A stretch of DNA of 64,000 bases from Aggregatilineaceae bacterium (GCA_040767545.1 JAXGOK010000009.1:48390-112389), one strand, 5' to 3'; positions 1-10,502 are shown, counted from the stretch's first letter. Translations and numbers: made by a program. Notes: generated by a model not told the origin, from the sequence alone.

Positions 1-67
1 AGTGAGGCCCGCGCCAGTGAGCCGATCTCATCCGCTCATTGCCGCCAACCGCCAGTTGTGTACTATA

Positions 68-1438
68 ATGGCCCCCATGCGACGCCCATTGCTGATCTAC
101 GTCCTGCTGATCGCCTGCGCCCTGAGCGCCACACTGCCCGCTGCCGCGCAAAGCCGCACCGCCCTGCCGCCGCCGCACCTCGGTTATGGTGTCCACATTG
201 GCCCACACACCAGCGCCAACCCCGTCCTGGTGGATCAACTGCGCATGGACTGGGTCAAGGTCTACGAAGTGGGGCAGGTTGCCGCCTTCAGCAACAAGCG
301 CGTCCTCTTTCGCATGGACTTGCCCTGGCCGTCCAACTGGGAAGCCTTCCGCATGAGCGTGCGCCAGCGCGCGGCAGAGCTGGCCGCGCTGGGCGTGGAC
401 GCCATCGAAGTGCACAACGAGCCGAACCTGGCCCTGGAATGGCCGCACGGCCCCAACGCCTGGGAATACACGCAGATGTTGCGCGTGGCCTACACGCAGA
501 TCAAGGCCGTCGCGCCGCAGATCATCGTCGTGTCGGGCGGGCTGGCCCCCACCGTCACCACCGGCGACCGGGGCGCGATCAGCGACATTGACTACGCTGC
601 CGAGATGCTCGACAACGGCGCGGCGCAGTGGTTCGACGCCTTTGGCTACCACCCCTACGGCTACAACCAGCCGCCGGAAGCCGAGCCAGGCTACAACACG
701 CTCACCTTCCGCCGCGTTGAGCTGATCCGCGCGCTGTTTGAGGAGCGCGGCATCTTCGACAAGCAAATCTGGATGACCGAGTTCGGCTGGCTGCGCGACC
801 CGGCTGAGGACGGCGTGACCTGCTCTGACAGCGACCCGAACTTCGCCGGATTCGCCTGGCTGCGCGTCTCCGGGCAGACGCAGGCCGATTACACGGTGCG
901 CGCCTTCGACTGGGCCGACCGCTACTGGCCCTGGGCCGGGCCGATGTTCCTGTGGAACCTCAACTGGGCGCTCTATCCGCCGGACATCACCCCGCTGTGC
1001 AGCCACATGCGCTGGTTCGGCCTGCTGCGCGCCGATGGGTCGCCGCTGCCCGTCTTCCAGCGCGTGGCGAACATGCCCCGCCGCACCAGCGACTACCTGC
1101 CGCGCCTGACCATCTACGCGCACGACATGACCGCCGAGACGAGCCTGTACTGCCCCGGCTCCGTGCTGGTGGGCGAGTTCGAAGTGGTCAATAGCGGCTA
1201 TCCCGGCTCGTTCAGCGCGGAGGTGGAAGGGGTCAGCCCGCCGGACGGCCCGGCGCTCGAAGTCTACCCGCCGCGCGTGACCAATGGCGACCGCGTGCAG
1301 GTCTATGCCGACACGACCGGCCTGCCGCCCGGCCTGCACACGATCTACGTCAACGTCACGGCGACGATTGGCGAGCAGATGGTCGCCGAGACCATCCAGG
1401 GTTACATCGTCGTCACCGAGGCGGCGGGCGGCTGCTGA
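68..1438 (+). CDS. secreted clan GH-A (TIM-barrel) glycoside hydrolase, family unresolved
   Basis: ORF 2..1438. The internal ATG at 68 gives a signal peptide, MAPMRRPLLIYVLLIACALSATLPAAAQS. VHNEPN (acid/base Glu) and WMTEFGW (nucleophile Glu) motifs are typical of GH5/GH39-like enzymes. Confidence 0.7.
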   Translation: MAPMRRPLLIYVLLIACALSATLPAAAQSRTALPPPHLGYGVHIGPHTSANPVLVDQLRMDWVKVYEVGQVAAFSNKRVLFRMDLPWPSNWEAFRMSVRQRAAELAALGVDAIEVHNEPNLALEWPHGPNAWEYTQMLRVAYTQIKAVAPQIIVVSGGLAPTVTTGDRGAISDIDYAAEMLDNGAAQWFDAFGYHPYGYNQPPEAEPGYNTLTFRRVELIRALFEERGIFDKQIWMTEFGWLRDPAEDGVTCSDSDPNFAGFAWLRVSGQTQADYTVRAFDWADRYWPWAGPMFLWNLNWALYPPDITPLCSHMRWFGLLRADGSPLPVFQRVANMPRRTSDYLPRLTIYAHDMTAETSLYCPGSVLVGEFEVVNSGYPGSFSAEVEGVSPPDGPALEVYPPRVTNGDRVQVYADTTGLPPGLHTIYVNVTATIGEQMVAETIQGYIVVTEAAGGC

Positions 1439-1440
1439 GG

Positions 1441-1560
1441 TCGCCTCTCCCCCTAAATCCCCCTCTCCAGCCGAGCTAGGAGGGGGACTTCGACCGCCGG
1501 ACGCGGTACTTTCCCCTTCCCTGGCTTTGCCGGGGAGGGGGCGGCCAGGGTGAGGGGCGT
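1441..1560. repeat. compound palindromic intergenic repeat (families G/B-like)
   Basis: CCTCTCCAGCCGAGCTAGGAGGG at 1461-1486 recurs in inverted form at 46588-46615. It is followed by a CCCCTTCCC...GGGGAGGGGG inverted repeat. Confidence 0.6.
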
Positions 1561-1624
1561 TCCGCCTGGACGTGCCCGCCAGATATCTTGGCTTGATGCG
1601 TATGTACCGTAATACGCCTTACAG

Positions 1625-2845
1625 CTAGAAGCTCTGGTAGTTCCAGGGGTTGACCGGTGCGCCGCCGGAGCCGCGAATCTCGAAGTGCAAGTGCGGGCCG
1701 CTTGAACGTCCGCTGCTGCCGGTGACGGCGATGTTCTGCCCCGCCGTGACAACCTGCCCGCAGCCCACGAACGCCCCGTTGAGGTGGCCGTAGATGCTCA
1801 GCGTGCCGCCGTGCGCGACCACGACCGTGTAGCCGTAGCCCCACGTGCTCCACCCGCTGAAGATGACTGTGCCCCCGCCCGCTGCGTAGACGGGCGTGCC
1901 AGGCGGCACGCCCAGGTCAATCCCGCCGTGATTCCACGAGAAGTCCTGTGTGATCTTATAACGCGCCCAGATCGGCGCGCCGACCGGCGGAGAGCCGCCG
2001 GACACGACCTGCTTGCCGCACGAGCCGGGGTCGCCCACAGCGAAGGCGGCCACATCGGTTCCGGCGTGTACGCCCACGCCCACCGGATTGCTGCCGTCGG
2101 TCGTCATCTTGGCCATGACGATGCCGGGGTCCCAGTAGATCGGCTCGGTGGAGCCGGTGCCGCCGGGCACGACGACCCACAAGCCCTCCGGCAGGATCGT
2201 GTGCGGCGCTGCGCCGAACAGTGTGTTGTACTCGGAGTCAATGATGGCGTAGGGGTCAACGTCGTATTCGGCGGCGATGTCGGCAACGGCCTGTGGCTGC
2301 TGGACGCGGTGATAGACGCCGTCAACGGGCAGGATGTTCAGCTCCAGCCCGATGCGCATGGCGTTGACGTAGAAGCGGTCGTTCGACCAGATGATCGTGT
2401 TCTCGGACAGCCCGAACCGTCCGGCGATGCTGCTCAGGTTGTCGTTCTTCTTCACTGTGTAGGTAATCACCGTGCTGCGCGAGCGTTCGGGAATGATGGT
2501 CAGCGGGTTAAGCTCGCGGGCAATCGCACCTTCGGCCAGCGTGCTCCTCACCGGCACGTCGAGCGCGGCGACGATAGCCTGCGGGTCGGCGGTGGGGCGC
2601 ATCCAGTCCACAGGCGGCAGCGTAGGCGCGGGCGGCAGGGTAGGGACGGGCGTGGGATAGTCCACTGCGGCAATGCCCAGCGGCGGGGGTACCGTCTGGG
2701 CGGGCGGGGCGGGCACGGCACCCCGCGAGTCGCGCGGCCAGAAGATCACCACCCCGGCCAGCGCCACCAGGACGAGCGCCCCGCTCAGCATAGCGCCGCT
2801 CAAGATGCGGCGTCCGCGGTCGGGGTTACGCGGCGTGCTCGCCAT
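1625..2845 (-). CDS. LysM-domain M23 family metallopeptidase (membrane anchored)
   Basis: N-terminal TM segment. LysM-like segment YTVKKNDNLSSIAGRFGLSENTI. C-terminal M23 motifs HGGIDLG and GPHLHFEIR. Confidence 0.85.
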   Translation of the reverse strand: MASTPRNPDRGRRILSGAMLSGALVLVALAGVVIFWPRDSRGAVPAPPAQTVPPPLGIAAVDYPTPVPTLPPAPTLPPVDWMRPTADPQAIVAALDVPVRSTLAEGAIARELNPLTIIPERSRSTVITYTVKKNDNLSSIAGRFGLSENTIIWSNDRFYVNAMRIGLELNILPVDGVYHRVQQPQAVADIAAEYDVDPYAIIDSEYNTLFGAAPHTILPEGLWVVVPGGTGSTEPIYWDPGIVMAKMTTDGSNPVGVGVHAGTDVAAFAVGDPGSCGKQVVSGGSPPVGAPIWARYKITQDFSWNHGGIDLGVPPGTPVYAAGGGTVIFSGWSTWGYGYTVVVAHGGTLSIYGHLNGAFVGCGQVVTAGQNIAVTGSSGRSSGPHLHFEIRGSGGAPVNPWNYQSF

Positions 2846-2947
2846 CTACCGGCACTCCTCGTCCCCCCAGCTTGCATTTCACAGCTACCAATACGCCCAT
2901 GACGGGCGGAATAGTACCGTACCAGGCAGTATTTGGCAATCCGGACG

Positions 2948-4417
2948 CTACCCGAAAGCGGCTCTCGCCAGGGTTTGCAGCCTGTCCAGGTCTTCGCGGT
3001 CGGCCAGCACAAGCAGATTGTCCCCCTCTTCGAGCATGGTGGCCCCGCGCGGCACGATGAACTCGGTGTTGCGCCGGATCAGGACAATCAAGGCAGTCTC
3101 CGGCAGGTCGAGGTCAACAATGCGCTTGTGGTCTGCTCCTGACCCCGGCTGGATGGTCAGCTCCAGCAGTTCGCTTTGAATCGGCTCGGTGGGCACGAAG
3201 GCAATCGGGTACTTCGGTCTGGTGTCAATGGGGGCGTCCACATGCAGGAGCCGGGCCACGTAGGGCAAGGTTGCCCCCTGAGCCAGAGCCGAGGTGAGCA
3301 CGATGAAGAACACCAGGTTGAAAATGGTGTTCGACCGTTCGACGCCCGCCAGCAGCGGGAAGGTCGCCAGCATAATCGGGGCAGCGCCGCGCAGCCCCAC
3401 CCATGACACAAATAGTCTCTCGTTCAGGCTCAGTTGTTTGTCCCAGACCAGCGTCACGAAGACAGCCAGCGGTCGCGCGACCAGGATCAGGGCGGCGGAG
3501 ATCAGCAGGGCCTGGGGAGCGATAGGCATCAACTGCGAAGGGAAGACGAGCAGGCCGAGGGTGAGAAACATGACGATCTGCATCAGCCAGGCCAGCCCGC
3601 TGTGAAACTCGGTGAGGCTGCGCTTGTGAATGAAGCTGCGGTTGCCGGCAACCAGCCCGGCCAGGTACACGGCCAGAAAGCCGTTGCCCCCCAACGCAGT
3701 CGTGGCCCCGTAGATCAGCGGCACCAGGGCCATGGTGGTCACCGAATACAGCCCGTCGTATTCCAGGCGAATCCGGTTGAGCACAAAGGTGATGATGCGC
3801 CCCATGCCGATCCCGAAGACCAGGCCCAGCGCCATCTGCTGGCAGAACATCAGCACCAGGTCTGGCACCGAAGAGGCAGGGTCTTGCACCAGGCGGATCA
3901 TGCCCAGGGTGAGGAAAACGGCCATCGGATCATTGCTGCCGGACTCAAACTCCAGCAGCGGGCGCAGGGAGCCGCGCAGGCCGAGGCTCTTGCTGCGCAG
4001 CACGGCGAACACCGCTGCTGCATCGGTGGAGGACACGATAGCGCCGAGCAACAGGGCTTCTTTCACCGAGAAGTCGAGCACCAGCAGCGTGAACCCGGCC
4101 ACCAGCAGGGCGCTGACGAACACCCCCGCTGTCGCCAGCACCATGCCTATGACCATCACCGGGCGAACTTCTTCCAGGTCAGTTTCCAGGCCGCCGGAAA
4201 AGAGGATGAACGACAGCGCCGTCACGCCCAGGAACTGGGCCAGCCAGGGATCGTCGAAATAGATGCCGCCGGGGCCTTCGGAGCCGGTGAGCATCCCAAT
4301 CGCCAGGAAGAGCAGCAGCGCCGGGACGCCCAGCCGGGCCGAGACTTTGCTGGCCAGGATACTCACCAGCAACAGAAACGCTGCCGATAATAGGATGTAC
4401 TCGGCTGCAAGCCCCAT
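2948..4417 (-). CDS. K+/H+ (cation:proton) antiporter, NhaP2/CvrA type, with C-terminal TrkA-C domain
   Basis: 489-aa polytopic protein. The N-terminus LLSAAFLLLVSILASKVSARLGVPALLLFLAIGML is typical of CPA1 potassium/proton antiporters. The C-terminal soluble domain contains IVPRGATMLEEGDNLLVLA. Confidence 0.85.
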   Translation of the reverse strand: MGLAAEYILLSAAFLLLVSILASKVSARLGVPALLLFLAIGMLTGSEGPGGIYFDDPWLAQFLGVTALSFILFSGGLETDLEEVRPVMVIGMVLATAGVFVSALLVAGFTLLVLDFSVKEALLLGAIVSSTDAAAVFAVLRSKSLGLRGSLRPLLEFESGSNDPMAVFLTLGMIRLVQDPASSVPDLVLMFCQQMALGLVFGIGMGRIITFVLNRIRLEYDGLYSVTTMALVPLIYGATTALGGNGFLAVYLAGLVAGNRSFIHKRSLTEFHSGLAWLMQIVMFLTLGLLVFPSQLMPIAPQALLISAALILVARPLAVFVTLVWDKQLSLNERLFVSWVGLRGAAPIMLATFPLLAGVERSNTIFNLVFFIVLTSALAQGATLPYVARLLHVDAPIDTRPKYPIAFVPTEPIQSELLELTIQPGSGADHKRIVDLDLPETALIVLIRRNTEFIVPRGATMLEEGDNLLVLADREDLDRLQTLARAAFG

Positions 4418-4524
4418 GCGCGCCCTCTGGTTCGCCTTCTATGTTCCGAAACTGCTATAGAATAACCGAAGATGGCCCGCAGCCCGAAAAAGCTAGTTGC
4501 AGCTTCGCCCAAGTTGTGGCACAA

Positions 4525-4612
4525 ACACAGCAGTCAGCTACCAGCGGCCAGCAATCAGCAAAGGCCAACGCTACAAGAGTCCGCTGATGACTCCCTGCCG
4601 ATAACTGATCAC
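4525..4612. repeat. family-F intergenic repeat
   Basis: CAGTCAGCTACCAGCGGCCAGCAATC and CCGATAACTGATCACTG resemble the units at 62331-62408, 46385-46425, 46680-46715 and 48657-48680. Confidence 0.5.
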
Positions 4613-4646
4613 TGCAACCGCTTGCCACCTGGAGATACGCAGCGCC

Positions 4647-6194
4647 ATGCCCGACGACCTGATTCTCGCCATTGACAACGGGACGCAGAGCGTGCGCGCG
4701 CTGCTCTTCGACTTGCAGGGGCGCTTGGTAGCTAAGGCGCGCGTGCCCATCGAGCCGTATTTCTCCACGCATCCCGGCTGGGCCGAGCAATACGCCGAAT
4801 ACTTCTGGGACAAATTGGGCGAGGCGTGCCGGCAGCTCTGGACGCTGGCGGAAGTGCCCAAAGACGCGGTGCGCGGCGTGGCGCTGACGACGCAGCGCGG
4901 CACCGTGATCAACCTCGACCACGCCGGCAAGCCGCTGCGCCCGGCCATCGTCTGGCCGGACCAGCGCCGCGCCGAAGGGATCGCTCCGGTCGGCGGGCTG
5001 TGGGGGTTGATCTTCCGCGCGGCACGGCTGCGCCAGACGGTTGCCTATTTGCAAGCCGAAGCCGAAGCCAACTGGATCGCCACCCAGCAGCGCGCCATCT
5101 GGGCGCAGACGCACAAGTACATCCTGCTCTCCGGCTATCTGACTTATCGCCTGACCGGTCGCCTGGCTGATTCGGTCGGCTGCCAGGTCGGGTACCTGCC
5201 CTTCGACTACAAGCGCCAGACCTGGTCGCGCGCGCGGGACTGGAAATGGCGGGCGCTCGCCGTCCGGCCAGAGCACCTGCCGGAGTTGGTGCCGCCCGCC
5301 GCGCAGATTGGCGTGATCACGCCTGAAGCCGCTGAAGCGACCGGCATTCCCGCCGGGCTGCCCCTGATCGCCGCCGCTGCCGACAAAGCGTGCGAGGTCA
5401 TCGGCTCCGGCTGCCTGGAGCCGCACATCGGCTGCCTGAGCTACGGCACGACGGCGACGATCAACACGACGCACCGCCGCTATATCGAGATCATCCCGCT
5501 TATCCCGCCCTATCCGTCCGCCGTGCCGGGCGCGTACAGCTTGGAGCTACAGATTTATCGCGGCTTCTGGATGGTGAGCTGGTTCAAGCAGGAATTCGGC
5601 CACCGCGAGATGATCCTCGCCGAGCAGAACGGCGTCGAGCCGGAGTCGCTGCTCGACGAGCTGCTTGCTCAGGTGCCACCGGGGTCGCAGGGGTTGGTCT
5701 TGCAGCCGTACTGGTCGCCGGGGGTGCGCGTGCCGGGGCCGGAAGCGCGCGGCGCGGTCATCGGTTTCAGCGATACCCACACCCGCGCCCACCTCTACCG
5801 GGCCATCCTCGAGGGGCTGGCCTACGCCTTGCGTGAGGGCAAGGAGCGCACCGAGAAGCGCAGCGGCGTGCCCATTACCGAGCTGCGCGTATCCGGCGGC
5901 GGCTCGCAGAGCGACGCGGCCATGCAGCTCACCGCCGATGTCTTCGGGCTGCCCGCCGCCCGCCCGCACACCTACGAGACTTCCGGGCTGGGCGCGGCGA
6001 TTGTGGCGGCAGTGGGATTGGGGCTGCACCCCGACTTCGGCACCGCGCTCCAGGCCATGACGCGCCTGGAGCGCGTCTTCGCGCCAGACCCGGCTACGCA
6101 CGCCACCTACAATGCGCTCTACGACGAGGTTTACAAGCGGCTGTACGGGCGGCTGCGCCCGCTCTATGAGACGCTGCACCGCCTGTCACCGTGA
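4647..6194 (+). CDS. FGGY-family carbohydrate kinase (xylulokinase/glycerol-kinase-like)
   Basis: 515 aa. N-terminal [17 protein letters not shown] (actin-fold ATPase phosphate-1 motif). C-terminal [21 protein letters not shown] is typical of FGGY kinases. Confidence 0.85.
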   Translation: MPDDLILAIDNGTQSVRALLFDLQGRLVAKARVPIEPYFSTHPGWAEQYAEYFWDKLGEACRQLWTLAEVPKDAVRGVALTTQRGTVINLDHAGKPLRPAIVWPDQRRAEGIAPVGGLWGLIFRAARLRQTVAYLQAEAEANWIATQQRAIWAQTHKYILLSGYLTYRLTGRLADSVGCQVGYLPFDYKRQTWSRARDWKWRALAVRPEHLPELVPPAAQIGVITPEAAEATGIPAGLPLIAAAADKACEVIGSGCLEPHIGCLSYGTTATINTTHRRYIEIIPLIPPYPSAVPGAYSLELQIYRGFWMVSWFKQEFGHREMILAEQNGVEPESLLDELLAQVPPGSQGLVLQPYWSPGVRVPGPEARGAVIGFSDTHTRAHLYRAILEGLAYALREGKERTEKRSGVPITELRVSGGGSQSDAAMQLTADVFGLPAARPHTYETSGLGAAIVAAVGLGLHPDFGTALQAMTRLERVFAPDPATHATYNALYDEVYKRLYGRLRPLYETLHRLSP

Positions 6195-6303
6195 GCGCGC
6201 CCCCGCCCGGTCATGCGCGCTTCTAACGGTTGCTGTGCTCTAGCTGTGGTATAAGCTTAAGAGCGAGAGAATACTTGGTTCGCACGTGGAAGGGGGAGAA
6301 GAC

Positions 6304-7257
6304 ATGAACTACCGCCGTTTGGGAAAGTCTGGTCTTAAGGTCAGCGCGCTGAGTCTGGGCGGCTGGACGACCTTCGGCGACAGCGTGACCGACCGTCGCC
6401 TCGCCCGCGACATCATCATGAAGGCGTATGACAGCGGCATCAACTACTTCGACATCGCCGATGTTTACGCCAGAGGCGAGGCGGAAAAGCTGATGGGGTC
6501 GCTCCTCAAGCTGTTCCCGCGCCACACGTTGGTCATCTCCAGCAAGGCGTTCTGGCCGATGAGCGACGATGTGAACGATCGCGGCCTGTCGCGCAAGCAC
6601 CTGGTCGAGAGCGTCAACGCCTCGCTCCAGCGCATCGGCACCGACTACCTCGACCTGTTCTTCTGCCACCGCTGGGACGACGAAACTCCGCTGGAGGAAA
6701 CCGTCCGGGCGCTGGACGATCTGGTTCACCAGGGCAAGATTCTTTACTGGGGCACCAGCGAATGGACGGGCGCACAGATTCAGGCGGCGCTGGACCTCTG
6801 CGAGCGCCATAACCTGGTCAAGCCGCAGGTCGAGCAGCCGCTCTACAACATGATCTCGCGGCGCAGGGTGGAGGGGGACGTGCTGCCCGTCGCCGAGAAG
6901 AACGGGATCGGGCTGGTGGTGTGGAGTCCGCTGGCCAGCGGGCTGCTGACCGGCAAGTACGACGAGGCGCTGCCCGAAGACAGCCGCCTGGCGCGCCTTG
7001 ACTGGCTGCGCGACCAGTGGTACAGGCAGGAGTCCATCGCCGCGATCCGCAAGCTGAAGCCGGTTGCTGACGACCTGGGCGTGACGCGCGCGCAGCTTGC
7101 CCTGGCCTGGGTGCTGCGCCAGCCGGGCATCAGCAGCGCGATCACCGGGGCGACGAAGCCCGCCCAGCTTGACGAGACGCTCAAGGCGATTGACATCACG
7201 CTCGACAGCGACACGCTGGCGCGCATTGACGCGATCATGGCCCCGGTCGCCCAGTAG
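6304..7257 (+). CDS. aldo/keto reductase (Kv-beta-like subfamily)
   Basis: MNYRRLGKSGLKVSALSLGGW... followed by GINYFDIADVYA. The ATG at 6304 is preceded by GGGGGAG. The ORF track starts at a GTG at 6286. Confidence 0.9.
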   Translation: MNYRRLGKSGLKVSALSLGGWTTFGDSVTDRRLARDIIMKAYDSGINYFDIADVYARGEAEKLMGSLLKLFPRHTLVISSKAFWPMSDDVNDRGLSRKHLVESVNASLQRIGTDYLDLFFCHRWDDETPLEETVRALDDLVHQGKILYWGTSEWTGAQIQAALDLCERHNLVKPQVEQPLYNMISRRRVEGDVLPVAEKNGIGLVVWSPLASGLLTGKYDEALPEDSRLARLDWLRDQWYRQESIAAIRKLKPVADDLGVTRAQLALAWVLRQPGISSAITGATKPAQLDETLKAIDITLDSDTLARIDAIMAPVAQ

Positions 7258-7275
7258 GGCCGGTCAGCAGAGAAC

Positions 7276-7303
7276 GTAGGGGCGTATCGCAATACGCCCC
7301 TAC
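7276..7303. terminator. perfect 12-bp stem hairpin between convergent genes (family-C repeat)
   Basis: GTAGGGGCGTAT-CGCA-ATACGCCCCTAC lies between the stop codons at 7257 (+) and 7332 (-). There is no T-tract, so its terminator function is inferred from position only. Confidence 0.55.
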
Positions 7304-7331
7304 GAGCGCGCAGCACAGCAGCGCCAATCCG

Positions 7332-8285
7332 TCACTCGCCAAGGCGGGCCAGCCACGTCTCCAATTCGGCGCGCGTGGGCGCGGCGGTCGCGCCGCCGAC
7401 TTGCGTCACCGATAGCCCGCCGCAGATATTGGCGTAGCGCGCGCACTGTTCCAGCGGCGCGCCCTCGATCACGTAGCCTAGCAGAAAGCCCGCGTTGAAG
7501 CAGTCTCCGGCCCCGGTCGTGTCCACTGCCGGCCCGGCGCTGACCGCCGGCACGTGGGTGATCACGCCCCCCGCGCCAACCCACGCGCCGTTGGCCCCGT
7601 CCTTGACGATGACGATCTTCGTCCACTCCATCAGCCGTTGCAGCGCGCTCTCGACGGTACCCATCCCGCTGACCAGCAGGGCTTCGCGCGTGTTGGGGAT
7701 GAATACGTCTACCATGCCGAGCAAGCGCTGCCAGGTGCACGCCTGGGCCAGGTTGGGCACGTCCTGGCAATCCATCGAGACGGTTGCGCCGTGCGCCCGC
7801 GCCTCGGCGACCAGCGGCGCGACGCGCTCCAGCCTGAACATCGCGCCCAGGTGCAGGTGGCGGAAGTCGCAGCGGCGCATGGCCGCCAGCCAGTGCGCGT
7901 CGAGGTCAATCGGTGGCGGATCGGCGTAGCTGACGAAGGCGCGCTCGCCCTGGCAGGAGATCGCGGTCGTGACGCGCCGGTAGGGGCGATCTACGTCCTG
8001 GGCCAGGGTCAGGTCAACATCCTCCTCAACGGCCAGGCGGCGCACGTACTGGCTGTACTCGTCATTGCCGAAGCAGGCCGCCCACCCTACGCCCACCCCC
8101 AGGCGGCGTAGCGAGGCCGCCGTGATGAACATTGCCCCGCCGGTGGCGAGGATACCCGTGCCGTAGACCTCGCGGCCCAGCGTGGGAAACTCCGGCAGGC
8201 CGGTGTAGATCAAGTCGTAGAAGTAGTCACCGGGCAGGAAAACATCGCATTCCACGTAGAATTCTCCAACGAGTGAGGCGCTCAC
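7332..8285 (-). CDS. PfkB-family carbohydrate kinase
   Basis: 317 aa. The C-terminal VDTTGAGDCFNAGFLLG motif is the PfkB signature 2. GTG start at 8285. Confidence 0.85.
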   Translation of the reverse strand: MSASLVGEFYVECDVFLPGDYFYDLIYTGLPEFPTLGREVYGTGILATGGAMFITAASLRRLGVGVGWAACFGNDEYSQYVRRLAVEEDVDLTLAQDVDRPYRRVTTAISCQGERAFVSYADPPPIDLDAHWLAAMRRCDFRHLHLGAMFRLERVAPLVAEARAHGATVSMDCQDVPNLAQACTWQRLLGMVDVFIPNTREALLVSGMGTVESALQRLMEWTKIVIVKDGANGAWVGAGGVITHVPAVSAGPAVDTTGAGDCFNAGFLLGYVIEGAPLEQCARYANICGGLSVTQVGGATAAPTRAELETWLARLGE

Positions 8286-8300
8286 GAGCGCCTGAGCAGG

Positions 8301-8390
8301 ACATCACGGAGACGCAGAGGGCACAGAGAAGAACTTGGATGTTCTTCTTGATCTTTTCTCTGCGCTCTCTGCGCCTCAGCGGTAATCATT
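8301..8390. repeat. family-E inverted repeat
   Basis: GGAGACGCAGAGGGCACAGAGAAGAAC ... CTTTTCTCTGCGCTCTCTGCGCCTC forms imperfect inverted arms around an AT-richer loop. Confidence 0.5.
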
Positions 8391-8551
8391 TGCCCCAGAA
8401 TGAGATACGCCCCGGTGCAGCGGACGATCTGGCAGCCCGTCTCCCCCTCTCTACCACCACGTGGTGGAAAGAGGGCCGGGGGGTGAGGCCAAGCGTGAGA
8501 TGTTCGCCGGGCACCTGTCCGCTCCTGCATCGCATCACCGAGACTCACCCG

Positions 8552-8761
8552 CTATCTGGGGTAATCAGGCTCATACTGGCACCCCTGCCCACGATTCGCC
8601 CACCGGATGCCTGCAATCTTGTGCAATTTCAACAAATGCTCGCTGGCGGCATACCGTACAATTGCCCTTGCCGCATCTTGACTGGTGATGGCTGTGCTGA
8701 TGGCAGGGCTGTAACACCCTGAGTTTGGTAAAAGTTGAGTAATGCGGTTACCATTGGCCAT
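8552..8761 (-). CDS. hypothetical small protein (69 aa), doubtful
   Basis: This is the only ORF in an AT-richer part of the 730-bp gap. The ATG is preceded by GAAAGG. I recognise no family. Confidence 0.25.
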   Translation of the reverse strand: MANGNRITQLLPNSGCYSPAISTAITSQDAARAIVRYAASEHLLKLHKIAGIRWANRGQGCQYEPDYPR

Positions 8762-9013
8762 CCTTTCTTAAATCTTACTCCCTACAGGTCCACGATGGGC
8801 TGCCTGGGCCGCCCGCGTTGGGACCGGCCTTCGTGTTCGAATTCGCTGCGCTGATCTGGCCGTGTGCGGAAGGAGGTGCTCCTGTATCTGTGCCGACGAG
8901 AGCAATACTCTACCGGACAGCCATTCGGCTCAACGATCTTTCGCTTGCGAAATCAATGGTAACGCCATCACATCGTCACCCAGCTTGCTAAGTCAGACGA
9001 GGAGAGAAACACC

Positions 9014-10234
9014 ATGCACAAGAGCAAGTCCCTTCGGTTGCTGTTCCTGCTGGTCAGCGCCCTGCTCGTCGTCAGCGCCCTGCCCGTGCAGGCCCAAAGC
9101 AGCGGCCAGGTCGTCGTCAAGCCCGGCGAGAAGATCAAGATCGCCGTCGTGACCGACCTGACGTACCAGATTCCTGAGTTCGGTCTCGACATCGCTCAGG
9201 CTGCACAGACTGCTAGCTCGTTCCTCAATGAAGCCGGTGGCATCAAGGGCTTCGAGGTCGAGATGTTTGTCGAGGATGATCGCTGCACCGGCGACGATGC
9301 GACGACTGTAGCCAATCGCATCGCCTCCGACCCGCAGGTGGTGGCTGTGGTTGGGCACATCTGCTCCGGCGCTACCATCGCTGCCTCCAATGTGTACGAA
9401 GAAGCGCGCATCGCCATGATGTCGCCCAGCGCAACGGCGGCTGAAGTGACCGCGCGCGGGCTGACCGTCATCAACCGTGTCGCCCCGCTCGACAGCGTGC
9501 AGGGCGTGTACGATGCCAACTACATCTACAAGATTCTGGGCGCGCGCAAGCTGGCGGCGCTGCACGACAACGACACCTACGGCCTGGGCCTGGCCCGCGC
9601 CGTCGCCGATGAGTTCACGCGCTTGGGTGGTGAAGTGGTAGCCTTCGAGGGCATTGACGTGGAGTCCCAGGACTACCGCCCGGTGCTCACCCCGCTGGTG
9701 GCGCTGGGGCCGGAGGTGATCTTCTTCGGTGGCTATGAGCAGGCAGCCGTGCTGCTCATCCCGCAGAAGAACGATGTCGGCCTGGGTGACGTGATCTTCT
9801 TCGGTCCGGACGGCATCTTCGGCCAGGCGACGATTGATGGCGCTGGCTCCGCCTCCGAAGGTGTCTATGCCAGCTTCCCGCCCATCCTTCCCATTGACTA
9901 CTGGGACGACCGCTACGAGGAGCTGTTTGGCACTAACCCAACTACGGACTTCCTCGGCCCGTTCCACTATCATGCCGCTGATGCAGCGGGGATGATCTTC
10001 GCCGCGATTGATGCCGTGTCGGAAATTGACGGCGCAGGCAACCTGGTCATTGACCGCGAAGCGCTGATCGAGACCCTGCGCAACACCACCGAGTACGCGG
10101 GCTTGACTGGCACGCTGACCTGCTCCGAGATCGGTGACTGCGGCGCGACCGTCTTCGACATCTACGTGGTGGAAGATGGCGAGTTCATCCCGGTCGAAGT
10201 GCCCGAAGACCTGCTGGAGATGGAAGTTGAATGA
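9014..10234 (+). CDS. livJ: branched-chain amino acid ABC transporter substrate-binding protein (LivJ/LivK family)
   Basis: Signal peptide MHKSKSLRLLFLLVSALLVVSALPVQAQS. Type-I periplasmic binding fold motifs (IKIAVVTDLT, VVAVVGHICSGAT). It lies upstream of livHMGF. RBS GAGGAGAG. Confidence 0.9.
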   Translation: MHKSKSLRLLFLLVSALLVVSALPVQAQSSGQVVVKPGEKIKIAVVTDLTYQIPEFGLDIAQAAQTASSFLNEAGGIKGFEVEMFVEDDRCTGDDATTVANRIASDPQVVAVVGHICSGATIAASNVYEEARIAMMSPSATAAEVTARGLTVINRVAPLDSVQGVYDANYIYKILGARKLAALHDNDTYGLGLARAVADEFTRLGGEVVAFEGIDVESQDYRPVLTPLVALGPEVIFFGGYEQAAVLLIPQKNDVGLGDVIFFGPDGIFGQATIDGAGSASEGVYASFPPILPIDYWDDRYEELFGTNPTTDFLGPFHYHAADAAGMIFAAIDAVSEIDGAGNLVIDREALIETLRNTTEYAGLTGTLTCSEIGDCGATVFDIYVVEDGEFIPVEVPEDLLEMEVE

Positions 10235-10350
10235 TCGCCCGCAGGCCGGAGGGTTACGCACTCTAGCCAGTTGATCGCAACCAGCGCCATAATTGGAGAT
10301 TCTGTTATGGCGCTGGTACAATTTTTCGCCCTAGACGCGCACGCATCAGT

Positions 10351-10502
10351 TCTTAGAGCGTGTTTGTGAAAGCCCCCATCCCCCGGCCCCTTCCCCCAAA
10401 ATGAGGGAAGGGGAGCAGATCTGCCGGAATGTTCCCCTACCTCCGCGTAGCGTGGGGGAGGGGTAGGGGTGGGGGGAACGACTTAACAAGCACGCTCTTA
10501 GA
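10351..10502. repeat. MITE-like family-B element with terminal inverted repeats
   Basis: The termini TCTTAGAGCGTGTTTGT and ACAAGCACGCTCTTAGA enclose CCCCCATCCCCCGGCCCCTTCCCCC...GGGGGAGGGGTAGGGGTGGGGGG. The same architecture occurs at 22264-22430. Confidence 0.7.

Noticed and set aside
8132-8722. A 196-aa plus-strand ORF spanning the PfkB 5' end and the long intergenic region.
   Set aside because: It overlaps the PfkB gene in antisense and runs through repeat elements. Its translation is low complexity with no motifs.
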